A DNA stretch of 64,000 nucleotides, from assembly GCA_944349515.1 (NCBI GenBank), contig CALVNE010000001.1, forward strand, positions 9,703 through 73,702, read 5' to 3'. The translations under genes were made by a program, and so were the position numbers. Source of the DNA: an uncultured Clostridia bacterium. GTDB lineage: Bacteria > Bacillota > Clostridia > Christensenellales > UBA1242. Positions 17,985 to 26,557 of this stretch are shown here, in pieces. The notes beneath the pieces were generated by a model. It had not been told where the DNA came from. It was given only the letters and a program-made list of their open reading frames with translations, and made no database searches. Each line of letters starts with the position of its first letter. The first letter of the stretch is position 1.

Positions 17985-18584
17985 ATGAAAACTCTAGATA
18001 ATCAAAAATTAGGAAACTTATTGTCATATATAAAAGAATATCAGCAACAAAATGGCAAATCTCCATCATATAGAACGATAATGAAAGATTTAAAATTTAA
18101 TGATTTAGCAATGGTGTTCAGATATGTTAATAGACTTTATAGCAATGGTTTACTAAAAAAAGATAATTTAGGTGCGATTCAAATTCCCTCTCAATATAAG
18201 ACTGGACAAACTATATTAGCCCCTGTAGTTGGTTCGGTAGCTTGTGGACAACCTATACTAGCGATACAAAACATAGAGTTTACAGCGAGTCTTCCTGTGG
18301 AGATTTTTGGAAATCAAGAACTTTATGGGCTCTATGCCCAAGGCGATAGTATGATAGGTGTAGGAATATTTGATGGCGATTTAATATTCTATTTACCTAC
18401 AAATATTGCAAATGATGGAGATATAGTAGTGGCTTTAATCGGAAATGAAGCTGCGACAGTAAAAAGGTATTACAAGAGAAAAGATGGTGTTGTTCTACAT
18501 GCTGAAAATCCAAATTACCAAGATATAATTACTAAAGATGTTAAAATTCAAGGTATTGTAAAGAGAGTCGTAAGATGCTTTTAG
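17985..18584 (+). CDS. LexA-like S24 peptidase repressor
   Basis: N-terminal winged-helix-like domain, cleavage-site-like VACGQP, catalytic GDSM and VKR motifs. Confidence 0.85.
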   Translation: MKTLDNQKLGNLLSYIKEYQQQNGKSPSYRTIMKDLKFNDLAMVFRYVNRLYSNGLLKKDNLGAIQIPSQYKTGQTILAPVVGSVACGQPILAIQNIEFTASLPVEIFGNQELYGLYAQGDSMIGVGIFDGDLIFYLPTNIANDGDIVVALIGNEAATVKRYYKRKDGVVLHAENPNYQDIITKDVKIQGIVKRVVRCF

Positions 18585-18596
18585 GAGGCTATAATA

Positions 18597-18788
18597 GTGA
18601 AAATTAAACTTTATTGTCCGTTTTGCGAGCGGTGTATTGGTTACAGCATTTCATCAGATAGCACAGGCCTTACAAAGATACTTGTTAGAGAACCAAAACG
18701 ATTAAGAAAAACGCAGATGATACACCAAATAAAGTGCAGTAAGTGCAAATCAGATTTATTTGTTTCTATGGAATTTATAGATCCATAG
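18597..18788 (+). CDS. Small Zn-ribbon protein (Com-like architecture)
   Basis: CPFC...CSKC pairs in 63 aa. AGGAGG RBS 8 nt before the GTG start. Confidence 0.45.
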   Translation: MKIKLYCPFCERCIGYSISSDSTGLTKILVREPKRLRKTQMIHQIKCSKCKSDLFVSMEFIDP

Positions 18789-18803
18789 ATTTAAGATTCA
18801 TAA

Positions 18804-18887
18804 ACAGTGAACCCCAGTGTTCCAACATTAAATTACAGTGAACTCCAGTGTTCCGATAAATTCAAATGTTGGTCACTGGGATTTTTT
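18804..18887 (+). repeat. Two 20-nt direct repeats plus an inverted partial copy, ending in a T-tract
   Basis: ACAGTGAACCCCAGTGTTCC (18804-18823) and ACAGTGAACTCCAGTGTTCC (18835-18854). ATGTTGGTCACTGGG (18866-18880) can pair with CCCAGTGTTCCAACAT of copy 1, or with CCAGTG of copy 2. Then TTTTTT. Confidence 0.6.
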
Positions 18888-18910
18888 ATTCGACAAGATA
18901 TGACATAAAA

Positions 18911-18945
18911 CTCCCAAATCTAAACCAAGGTTTGGGAGTTTTTTT
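18911..18945. terminator. Bidirectional rho-independent terminator
   Basis: CTCCCAAA / TTTGGGAG stem flanked by AAAA and TTTTTTT. Confidence 0.7.
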
Positions 18946-19067
18946 GTGTTTAAAATAAAAATTTTAAAATTTTTTTAAAAATTGTTAAGTTCTCGGAAAG
19001 ATGCCTTCCGAAAACAATTGGTAAAGTATAGGCGTTAAAACAAAAAGAAAGGAGGTGAGATAGCGAT

Positions 19068-19427
19068 ATGGACTTGAAGTATTCCAGCATTACAGCGGAT
19101 ATCATTAACATTTTATCTGATTGTAAACTGCACAAGATGCAAGAAATTGCTGACAAAGTCGAAGTGTCTGAAAGAACAGTTCGTAAGCACATTCAATCAC
19201 TTTCATATCGCTATCCAATTCAAACTTTTTGTGGTAACAAAAATGGTGGAGTAAAGCTCGATGAAAACTATTTATTTCAAGGAAAGATTAGGTCGAATGA
19301 TGAGCTGCAAATCATCGAACAAGCATTAAGACTTTTGCAGAAGTCAGGTGCTGATGTAGACCAAAAGTTATTAGAGAGTTTAATCAGTGACTATACTTTG
19401 CCAAAAGACAAGAAGGAGAGCTTATGA
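19068..19427 (+). CDS. HTH DNA-binding protein (early region)
   Basis: MQEIADKVEVSERTVRKHIQSL is an HTH. GGAGGTG RBS. Confidence 0.5.
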   Translation: MDLKYSSITADIINILSDCKLHKMQEIADKVEVSERTVRKHIQSLSYRYPIQTFCGNKNGGVKLDENYLFQGKIRSNDELQIIEQALRLLQKSGADVDQKLLESLISDYTLPKDKKESL

Positions 19428-19678
19428 AAATTGACTCAATTAAGTTAAGACTCTATCTTTTCAAAATCAAAATGAGCCTACAAGAGTTTATGAACCTTGC
19501 CGATTTCGATGCAAGCATTTCAATAAACACTTTGTTATGTTCTGGCGATTTAGATAGAGAAAATTCAAAAAAATTTATCAACATGGTCGGTGCAGAAGAT
19601 GCTTATAACCTTATAGATTGGGAGAAGATGGATGCAAGAAAACCAAGTAGAAGAGAAATCTTTGCATATGCCAATTAA
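19424..19678 (+). CDS. Hypothetical early protein
   Basis: ATGA overlap with the upstream gene. No motif recognised. Confidence 0.4.
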   Translation: MKIDSIKLRLYLFKIKMSLQEFMNLADFDASISINTLLCSGDLDRENSKKFINMVGAEDAYNLIDWEKMDARKPSRREIFAYAN

Positions 19679-19737
19679 GGTTAAACCATATAAGCATCAA
19701 CTTGAAGCATTTATCTTTGCACTGAAAGTGATGGGAT

Positions 19738-21084
19738 TTGCAGGAGCAAGTGATGAGAAAAAGTAAATCGGCTGCAATCCTTGCAGAAATGGGAACAGGA
19801 AAAACACTCATAAGTATTGGCATTGCAGGTTATCTATACCTACAAAAAGAGATAAATAAACTTTTGATAGTTGCGCCATTGTCCATCACAAAGGTATGGG
19901 AAGAAGAGTTCCAAAAGTTCGCTGATTTTGACTATCAGTTGGAAGTGTTGGAAGGACCTACAAAAGAAAAGAGCGAAACACTTCGAAATTTATTTGGAAC
20001 AAAACTGCAAGTTGCTGTTGTCAACTATGAATCGTGCTGGCGAATGGAAAAAGAAATTGCTCTATGGAAACCAGATATGATTATTTGCGATGAATCAAGC
20101 AAGATTAAAAATCCACAAGCCAAGCAATCAAAGGCACTTCATAGATTAGGCAAGATAAGTAAACACAATATGATTTTGACAGGAACACCAGTAACAAACA
20201 ATCCACTTGACTTTTTTTCGCAATACAAATTCCTGGATGAGAGCATATTCGGTGGCAGTTATTATTCTTTCCGAGCAAGATACGCCATTATGGGTGGATA
20301 TGGAAACTATCAGGTTGTAGGTTATAAAAACCTGCCAGAATTAACAGAAAAAGCCCATAGCATCGCTTTTAGAATAACAAAGAAAGAAGCATTGGATCTT
20401 CCAGAACAAGTTGATGTCACAAGGTATGTAGAACTAGAACCTATGGCAAGAGCAATTTACAACCAAGTGGAGAGAGATAGCTATGCCGAACTATCGCAAG
20501 GCGAAGTTGTCGTTCGAAATGTACTGACAAAATTGTTAAGACTTTCACAAATTACAGGTGGGTACATTAAGGATGAGTTTAGCGAAATAGAAGAACAGGT
20601 CTCATCAGCAAAACTAAATGCACTTGAAGAAATTATAGAAGAGTGCCTAGATGCAGATAAAAAGGTGGTTGTGTTTGCAAGATTTATTTCAGAAATTGAT
20701 GCTATCACAAAGATGCTTAAACATTATGGAATAAAATATTCACTTATTCGTGGAGATGTCAAAGATAGAGCAAGTGAAGTGGAAAAGTTCCAAAACGATA
20801 AAGATGTAAAAGTCTTTGTAGGTCAATTGCAAACAACAGGAATGGGATTGACATTGACAGCATCTGACACTGCAGTATTCTATTCACTTTCATATAACTT
20901 TGCTGACTACGAACAGGCGAAGGCGAGAATCCACAGAATCGGTCAAAAGAACAATTGCACCTACATTCACTTGATTGCAAAGAAAACAATTGATGAAAAG
21001 GTTATGGAAGCATTGAGCAAAAAGAAAAATATTGCAGACCTAGTTGTTGATAATTGGAAAAGTTTATTTGAGAAGGAGAACTAA
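19738..21084 (+). CDS. SNF2-family helicase, apparently frameshifted near its 5' end
   Basis: AEMGTGKT (I), ICDESSKIKN (II), helicase C-terminal motifs QLQTTGMGLTL and QAKARIHRIGQ. The expected N-terminus (MPIKVKPYKHQLEAF...) is in another frame at 19668-19766. Confidence 0.85.
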   Translation: MQEQVMRKSKSAAILAEMGTGKTLISIGIAGYLYLQKEINKLLIVAPLSITKVWEEEFQKFADFDYQLEVLEGPTKEKSETLRNLFGTKLQVAVVNYESCWRMEKEIALWKPDMIICDESSKIKNPQAKQSKALHRLGKISKHNMILTGTPVTNNPLDFFSQYKFLDESIFGGSYYSFRARYAIMGGYGNYQVVGYKNLPELTEKAHSIAFRITKKEALDLPEQVDVTRYVELEPMARAIYNQVERDSYAELSQGEVVVRNVLTKLLRLSQITGGYIKDEFSEIEEQVSSAKLNALEEIIEECLDADKKVVVFARFISEIDAITKMLKHYGIKYSLIRGDVKDRASEVEKFQNDKDVKVFVGQLQTTGMGLTLTASDTAVFYSLSYNFADYEQAKARIHRIGQKNNCTYIHLIAKKTIDEKVMEALSKKKNIADLVVDNWKSLFEKEN

Positions 21085-21483
21085 ATGAACGAAACAATAT
21101 TGGAAATAGCAGACAAATATCTTGAAAAAAGAGAAAAGAAAAGCGAACTAGAAACACAGATTAAAGATGTAAATAAGGAGCTTGAATCACTAGAACAAGA
21201 ACTTATTGGACTTATGACCGACAATGAAATAGACAGTTTCAAACGAAATGGAATTCTATATAGTGTAGTCACAAGAGAGCTCCAGAGTGCAAATCCTGAA
21301 AGGAAAGAAGAATTATACCTACAAATGAAGCAAAAAGGATTTGAACATCTATTCACTATAAATACAAACACTTTGTCAGCAACAGTCAAGGAACTTATTG
21401 CTGAAAATGATGGAAAACTTCCAGATTGGCTTGAAGGCTTAATCAATCAAACAGAAAAACAATCAATAAGAATTAAGAAATAA
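21085..21483 (+). CDS. Hypothetical coiled-coil protein (replication module)
   Basis: Tightly packed after SNF2. Heptad-rich N-terminus. Function not recognised. Confidence 0.4.
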   Translation: MNETILEIADKYLEKREKKSELETQIKDVNKELESLEQELIGLMTDNEIDSFKRNGILYSVVTRELQSANPERKEELYLQMKQKGFEHLFTINTNTLSATVKELIAENDGKLPDWLEGLINQTEKQSIRIKK

Positions 21484-21493
21484 GGAGATAAGT

Positions 21494-22183
21494 ATGAGCA
21501 ACGAAATCATTAAAAAAGAAGAACAATTTATAACACCAGTAGAGAACATTGATTTTCAAGAAGAGATGCAGGGATTAAATATCACTTTTGATAGGATTAA
21601 AGTTCCAAGTGGTGGCGGGCTTGCATTCGAAGTGCCAGGAGAAAATCCAGATGAGCCAGACCTTCAAAAAGAGTTTAGTGCAGTGATTCTATATCATCAT
21701 CCAGTGCTTTCATATTACAAAGAAAAATATACGGGTGGGAACGAAGCACCAGACTGCTCATCATTTGATGGTATCAATGGGGTAGAGCGAGAAACAGGCG
21801 AAATCAAAAAGTGCAAGGACTGCCCACTCAATGTTTTCGGCACAGGAGAAAATGGTGGCAAGGCTTGTAAGACAAAGCGAAGAATCTTTATTTTGAGGGC
21901 AAATGAGATGCTACCTACAATTCTATCACTGCCAACAGCGAGCATTGGAGATTTCTCAAAGTATATTATGCGATTGGTGTCGAAGGGCAAGAAATCTAAC
22001 CAAGTTGTCACAAAATTCAGTTTGAAGAAAGTGCAAAATGCAGGTGGTATCACATACAGCAAAGTAGTGCTTGCAACAGAGCGAGACCTCAATGAAGAAG
22101 AGATGAAGAACATTGCCAAGATGACTGAACAAGTCAAAGCAATCGCATCAAGCTTGAAAGAAAACTATGAGAGTGAGGAATAA
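21494..22183 (+). CDS. Hypothetical Cys-rich protein (replication module)
   Basis: PDCSSFDG...CKDCPLNVFG...KACK is a putative Zn site. GGAGA RBS. Confidence 0.4.
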   Translation: MSNEIIKKEEQFITPVENIDFQEEMQGLNITFDRIKVPSGGGLAFEVPGENPDEPDLQKEFSAVILYHHPVLSYYKEKYTGGNEAPDCSSFDGINGVERETGEIKKCKDCPLNVFGTGENGGKACKTKRRIFILRANEMLPTILSLPTASIGDFSKYIMRLVSKGKKSNQVVTKFSLKKVQNAGGITYSKVVLATERDLNEEEMKNIAKMTEQVKAIASSLKENYESEE

Positions 22184-22209
22184 GTCCTTGCTCTCTCGAA
22201 GGAGCAATA

Positions 22210-24171
22210 ATGGATTTATTTGAAACGATCAAAAGTAGTGTTGGAATAAGACAAATTGTAGAGTACTACATTGGACCTCTCAATAGAGCAAAGAAAGTAT
22301 CGTGTCCATTCCACAAAGATAAGACGCCATCACTTTCAATTGATGAAAACAAAAATATGTTTAAATGCTTTAGTGCAGGTTGCGACTTTGCAGGAGATGG
22401 TATAACACTTGTAGCAAGACTTAAAAATATTGATAACTTTGAAGCTGCAAAACAAATAGCACAAGATTTTCATCTAAACATTGATATAGACAATTTAATT
22501 TCAGAACATCCAGTGATGAAAATAAAGACTTACATTAAAGAGTGTATACAAAATGTAAACAAGACAGACTACTTTGAAAAAAGAGGACTAGATGAACATA
22601 CAATTAAATCATATTTTCTTGGATACGATGTTAAAGAGAAAGCAGTGGTTATTCCATATAGTTCAGCACTCACATATTATCAAAGAAGAAGTGTTGTTGA
22701 TAAGAAGTTTTATAAACCTAAAACCGAGGAAGCAGGAGAAGAACCACTATGGAACGCACAAGCATTAAATAGACAAGACAAAACACCTGTGTTTATTGTC
22801 GAAAGTCCAATATGTGCCTTAAGTATTATGCAATATGGTGGGCTTGCTGTTGCCTTATGTGGATGCGGGTATAACAAACTCGTAGAAACATTAAAAAAGA
22901 AACCTACAAATTCAACGATAATATTATGTCTTGATAATGATGATGCAGGAGTTAAAACCACAGAGAAAATAATCAAAGAGTTTAAAGCATTAAAGATTAA
23001 ATACCTACAACAAAATATTGCTGGAGAGTGTAAAGATCCAAACGAACTCTTGATGAAAAATGCTGATGCTTTATGCTTAAACATACAAAAAGCAATAAAC
23101 AAAGCAAAAGCAATTTCTCGTGAAAGAACAGATTTAATCAAAGCATCGGACTTATGTAAATTGGAGATAGAACCTAAAAAATGGATAGTGGATAACATGA
23201 TTCCAGAAGGTCTATCAATGTTGGTGGCGGCAAGCAAGATAGGAAAGTCTTGGATGGTGTTGCAACTTGGAATAGCAGTAAGTTCTGGCGAAGAGTTTTT
23301 GAATGAGCAAACTCATCAATGTTCTGTGCTTTATTATGCACTAGAAGATAGTGATGAGAGAATGATAGGTCGACTTAATATTTTATGTAAAGAGAAACCT
23401 AAACCTACAAATCTATTTATTCAGCTCGAAACAAAGACTTTGGATACAGGACTGATGGAAGAACTAGAACACAGAGTCAAAGAGATACCAAATCTAAAAC
23501 TTATCATTATAGATACATTTCAAATGATAAGAGGACAAGCAAAGAAAAATGAAACTGCATACAGTTTTGACTATCGTGAACTTGTGTTATTGAGAAGATT
23601 CTGTGCAGAGAACCATATTGCAATATTGCTTATTCACCATGCAAGAAAGATGCTTGATGAGAATGATGTGTTTAATATGATCAATGGAAGCAACGGAGTG
23701 CTTGGTGCTTTGGACAACGCCTACTTTATCTACAAGAGAAAACGAACAGTGAAAGAAGAACCTTCGACACTCACTCAAACAGGTCGAGATGTTTTCACAA
23801 TTGAAAGACTTATTCAAAAGAGTGACACGGAAGGCAAATGGACAAAAGTGGGGAGTCCTGAGGAAGAAGCTGAAAGGCGAAAACGAGAAAAGGTTGATAA
23901 TAGTCCTGTGACAAAGACCATTCTTGCACTTCTTAAAGCACAACCATCAGGGTGGACAGGCACAACGAGAGATTTCATCAAGGCAAGTCTTGAAATACTA
24001 GGTGGGCTTTATGTTGGAACAGAGCAAGAAGTTGGCCGAGAAATAAAGGACATTGAAATTGAACTTTTAAGGCGATATAACATTGACCATACAATGAAAC
24101 ATTCAAATAATGGCAACAAACACTCGTTCTTTCCAAAGGAAAAATACAATTTGTTTAATTACAACAAGTAA
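22210..24171 (+). CDS. Bifunctional DNA primase (CHC2 Zn-finger + Toprim) / RepA-like AAA ATPase
   Basis: CPFHKDKTPSLSI...CFSAGC, Toprim FIVESP and LDNDDAG, Walker A AASKIGKSW, Walker B LIIIDTFQ. Confidence 0.85.
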   Translation: MDLFETIKSSVGIRQIVEYYIGPLNRAKKVSCPFHKDKTPSLSIDENKNMFKCFSAGCDFAGDGITLVARLKNIDNFEAAKQIAQDFHLNIDIDNLISEHPVMKIKTYIKECIQNVNKTDYFEKRGLDEHTIKSYFLGYDVKEKAVVIPYSSALTYYQRRSVVDKKFYKPKTEEAGEEPLWNAQALNRQDKTPVFIVESPICALSIMQYGGLAVALCGCGYNKLVETLKKKPTNSTIILCLDNDDAGVKTTEKIIKEFKALKIKYLQQNIAGECKDPNELLMKNADALCLNIQKAINKAKAISRERTDLIKASDLCKLEIEPKKWIVDNMIPEGLSMLVAASKIGKSWMVLQLGIAVSSGEEFLNEQTHQCSVLYYALEDSDERMIGRLNILCKEKPKPTNLFIQLETKTLDTGLMEELEHRVKEIPNLKLIIIDTFQMIRGQAKKNETAYSFDYRELVLLRRFCAENHIAILLIHHARKMLDENDVFNMINGSNGVLGALDNAYFIYKRKRTVKEEPSTLTQTGRDVFTIERLIQKSDTEGKWTKVGSPEEEAERRKREKVDNSPVTKTILALLKAQPSGWTGTTRDFIKASLEILGGLYVGTEQEVGREIKDIEIELLRRYNIDHTMKHSNNGNKHSFFPKEKYNLFNYNK

Positions 24172-24180
24172 AACAACATA

Positions 24181-24289
24181 TTCACAACCTTCACATCCTT
24201 CACTTTTAACACAAAAACAATCTCTTAAAGCGCTATTTTTAAATATTATTCAAGATATTCACAAAGTGAATGATGTGAATAAAGTGAAT
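24181..24289. repeat. Iteron-like array: 3x TTCAC(A) then 3x GTGAAT, each at 9-bp spacing (candidate phage ori)
   Basis: TTCACA at 24181 and 24190, TTCAC at 24199. Palindrome ATTCACAAAGTGAAT at 24257-24271. GTGAAT at 24266, 24275 and 24284. Confidence 0.55.
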
Positions 24290-24317
24290 ATGCACTTTTA
24301 TAAGAAAAGGAGCAGAA

Positions 24318-24596
24318 ATGACCGAACAAACACTCGTTGATAACATTAAAAAATATTTAGATTCAGTTCCTAACTTGTTTTATTGGAAAGAACACGGTGG
24401 GCAATTTGGAACTGCAGGAATACCAGACATAATTGTTTGTTATAAAGGAAGATTCATCGCATTTGAATGTAAAAGAAAGAATGGTAAACTTACAATTCTT
24501 CAAAAAATAACACTCAATAAAATGCTAAAAGCAGGTGGAATTGCTTTGGTGGTAACTGATGTCAAACAAGTTAAGGAAGTTATAGAAAATTTATAA
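24318..24596 (+). CDS. VRR-NUC domain nuclease
   Basis: GIPDIIVCYKGRFIAFECKRKNGKLTILQ is a PD...ExK motif in a 92-aa protein. Confidence 0.8.
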   Translation: MTEQTLVDNIKKYLDSVPNLFYWKEHGGQFGTAGIPDIIVCYKGRFIAFECKRKNGKLTILQKITLNKMLKAGGIALVVTDVKQVKEVIENL

Positions 24597-24605
24597 AAGG
24601 AGAGT

Positions 24606-25058
24606 ATGGTGGAGCATTTAATCCATAAGGTTAATATAACCGAAGAAGCCGAGTTTGATATTGAATGCATGGAAAATGCTTCATCAAACTTTAATAAAAA
24701 AGAAACAAAACAGGAACTAGAATTTTATATAACAGATAATAAAAAATATCAATTCAAGCATTATTTTAGATTAAAAGATTTTATTGGCGAAACAAAGGTG
24801 CTTTATTTTATCAAGAAAGGCTTAAAGTTTGCCAATATGCAAATTTGGGATCTAGTTGGCATTTGTGAAGAAGAGTTCTGGGATGAAGAAATGGAAGAAA
24901 GTGGAATTATTAGAAGTTGGATAGAAACAAAACTTAATCCAGAGAAAGAAGAACCTGACTGGGTTGAAGAACTGCGAGAAAGACAAATGCTTGAAGAAAG
25001 GGAAAGAAAATTGGAGATGGAGGCTATAAAGCGATATGAAAGATTATATGGTAAGTGA
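24606..25058 (+). CDS. Hypothetical highly acidic protein
   Basis: Glu/Asp-rich C-terminal half. No motif recognised. Confidence 0.4.
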   Translation: MVEHLIHKVNITEEAEFDIECMENASSNFNKKETKQELEFYITDNKKYQFKHYFRLKDFIGETKVLYFIKKGLKFANMQIWDLVGICEEEFWDEEMEESGIIRSWIETKLNPEKEEPDWVEELRERQMLEERERKLEMEAIKRYERLYGK

Positions 25059-25356
25059 TTTGTTAGAGAATTATAACAAATATAAGGCACAGGTCAATAT
25101 GATTAAAATGGGAAACATTCCAAGTCAAGTGAAAGAAGAACTTGAAGATTTAAAAGAGAGTTTGGAAACACTAGAAGTTTGCATTGCGGGACTTCCACAA
25201 GAAGATGGAGAACTTATAAGAATGTTCTTCTTTAATGGAATGTCAGGAAGGCGATTGGCACAAAAATTGTGTATAAGCAGGGCTACAATTTATAGAAAAA
25301 AAGATAGAGCAATCATACAAATTGCTGAAAATTTCAATAAATTTCTAAAAAATTGA
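25036..25356 (+). CDS. ArpU/RinA-like late-gene activator (sigma region-4-like HTH)
   Basis: FFFNGMSGRRLAQKLCISRATIYRKKDRAIIQI. It sits immediately upstream of the HNH/terS packaging module. Confidence 0.55.
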   Translation: MKDYMVSDLLENYNKYKAQVNMIKMGNIPSQVKEELEDLKESLETLEVCIAGLPQEDGELIRMFFFNGMSGRRLAQKLCISRATIYRKKDRAIIQIAENFNKFLKN

Positions 25357-25479
25357 GAAAAAATGAGATAAAATGATACAATTTTAGTCCAAAATGATTA
25401 AATTTTACCCGTATAATATATGTGACACGAAAAAATGCAACTTGCGAAAGTGAGTTGTGTTTTTTATTAGGAGAGAAGT

Positions 25480-25872
25480 ATGCCATATAGACCAAGAAAA
25501 CCTTGTAGATTCCCAGGTTGTCCAGAACTTACTGATGAAACATTCTGCGAAAAACACAAAAAAGATGATAATAAAATTTATAACCAATACAAGAGAGATG
25601 AATTAAGTAGAACATTTTATAAAACTCAACAATGGCAAAAGATAAGAAAAATTAAACTCCAACAATCACCATTTTGTGAAGAATGTAAAAAGAATGGAAC
25701 AATTGTAGTTGGAAAGATAGTTGATCATATAATTCCAATCAAACAAGGCGGCGCTCCATATGACCTAAACAATTTACAAACACTTTGTTGGTCTTGCCAC
25801 AGTAGAAAGTCAATTCAAGAAGGAAGTAGGTTTGGGGCAGGGGCGGTCAAATCTCTACGAGATAAACGATGA
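25480..25872 (+). CDS. HNH endonuclease (packaging-associated)
   Basis: DHIIPIKQGG...NLQTLCWSCHSRKS. It is adjacent to terS, as in HK97-like cos phages. Confidence 0.85.
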   Translation: MPYRPRKPCRFPGCPELTDETFCEKHKKDDNKIYNQYKRDELSRTFYKTQQWQKIRKIKLQQSPFCEECKKNGTIVVGKIVDHIIPIKQGGAPYDLNNLQTLCWSCHSRKSIQEGSRFGAGAVKSLRDKR

Positions 25873-26065
25873 AGAGCGGGCGGGCAGTCGCACGCAAAAA
25901 GTCGCAAAATCAAAAATCAAACAAAAAATCAAAAAATAAGCATCAAAACTCAGTAAAAACCTTGAATTTACTGTGTTTTTTGCTATTTTAGCAGTTTTGG
26001 CGAATTTCATAAATATTCAAATAAAATCAATTTCAAAATCAAAATAAATCAAAAAAGGAGAGAAA
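25873..26065 (+). other. Candidate cos/packaging-recognition region
   Basis: Non-coding gap between HNH and terS. A GC-rich island GAGCGGGCGGGCAGTCGCACGC (25873-25894) with GTCGCA repeated (25887, 25901) is followed by an A-rich AAATCAAAA-type tract. Confidence 0.35.
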
Positions 26066-26557
26066 ATGGGGCAGAGAGGCGGTTATAGACCAGGTGCTGG
26101 CAGACCGAAAAAATCAGTTACAGAGAAGATACTTGAGGGCAATCCTGGGCGAAGAAAAATTGAAGTGCTTAACTTTGAAGATGGAGATGATATTCCTTTA
26201 GATCCACCAAATTGGTTAACGAAAAAAGGAAAAGATATTTATAAAAATTTGGTTGATTGGTTGGTTAAAATAGGTTGCACGAAAGGGATACTTCCTTACA
26301 ATCTAGAAGAGTATGCCCATTGCAAATCGAGATGGCTTGAAAGTGAAGAAGCAATAAGCACTCACGGTTTCTTGGTAAAAGACAATAGTGGAAAACCGAT
26401 ACCAAATCCTTATGTGGCACTTGCACAACAGTATTTAAAAATGACAAATGATGTATGGGCAAAAATTTATCAAGTTGTGAGAGAAACGAAATTAACGGAA
26501 CTTGATAATTCATCGCCAAATGATGATATTATGGAAAGTTTGCTGAGGGGGAAATAA
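26066..26557 (+). CDS. terS: Terminase small subunit (P27 family-like)
   Basis: N-terminal GGYRPGAGRPKKS...EGNPGRRK is typical of P27-family small terminases. Strong RBS. Confidence 0.75.
   Translation: MGQRGGYRPGAGRPKKSVTEKILEGNPGRRKIEVLNFEDGDDIPLDPPNWLTKKGKDIYKNLVDWLVKIGCTKGILPYNLEEYAHCKSRWLESEEAISTHGFLVKDNSGKPIPNPYVALAQQYLKMTNDVWAKIYQVVRETKLTELDNSSPNDDIMESLLRGK

Noticed and set aside
18950-19192. 80-aa minus-strand ORF
   Set aside because: It is antisense to the start of the early HTH gene and to its regulatory region. It has no RBS and lies between terminators.
21081-21446. 121-aa minus-strand ORF mirroring 21085..21483 (similar cases at 21715, 22710, 37673, 42238, 42392)
   Set aside because: These are Ser/Leu-rich antisense shadows of Glu/Lys-rich coiled-coil coding regions in a strictly co-oriented phage operon.
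24110-24340. 76-aa plus-strand ORF across the primase/VRR-NUC gap
   Set aside because: It overlaps the end of the primase gene and runs through the iteron array. It has no RBS and its composition is driven by the repeats.
25895-26060. AAATCAAA(A)-type repeats upstream of terS and again at 52400-52540, considered as a specific shared binding motif or CRISPR-like array
   Set aside because: Similar A-rich ATCAAAAAA strings fill host intergenic regions as well (for example 61580-61625 and 62625-62700). They look like general intergenic composition, with no regular repeat-spacer structure.
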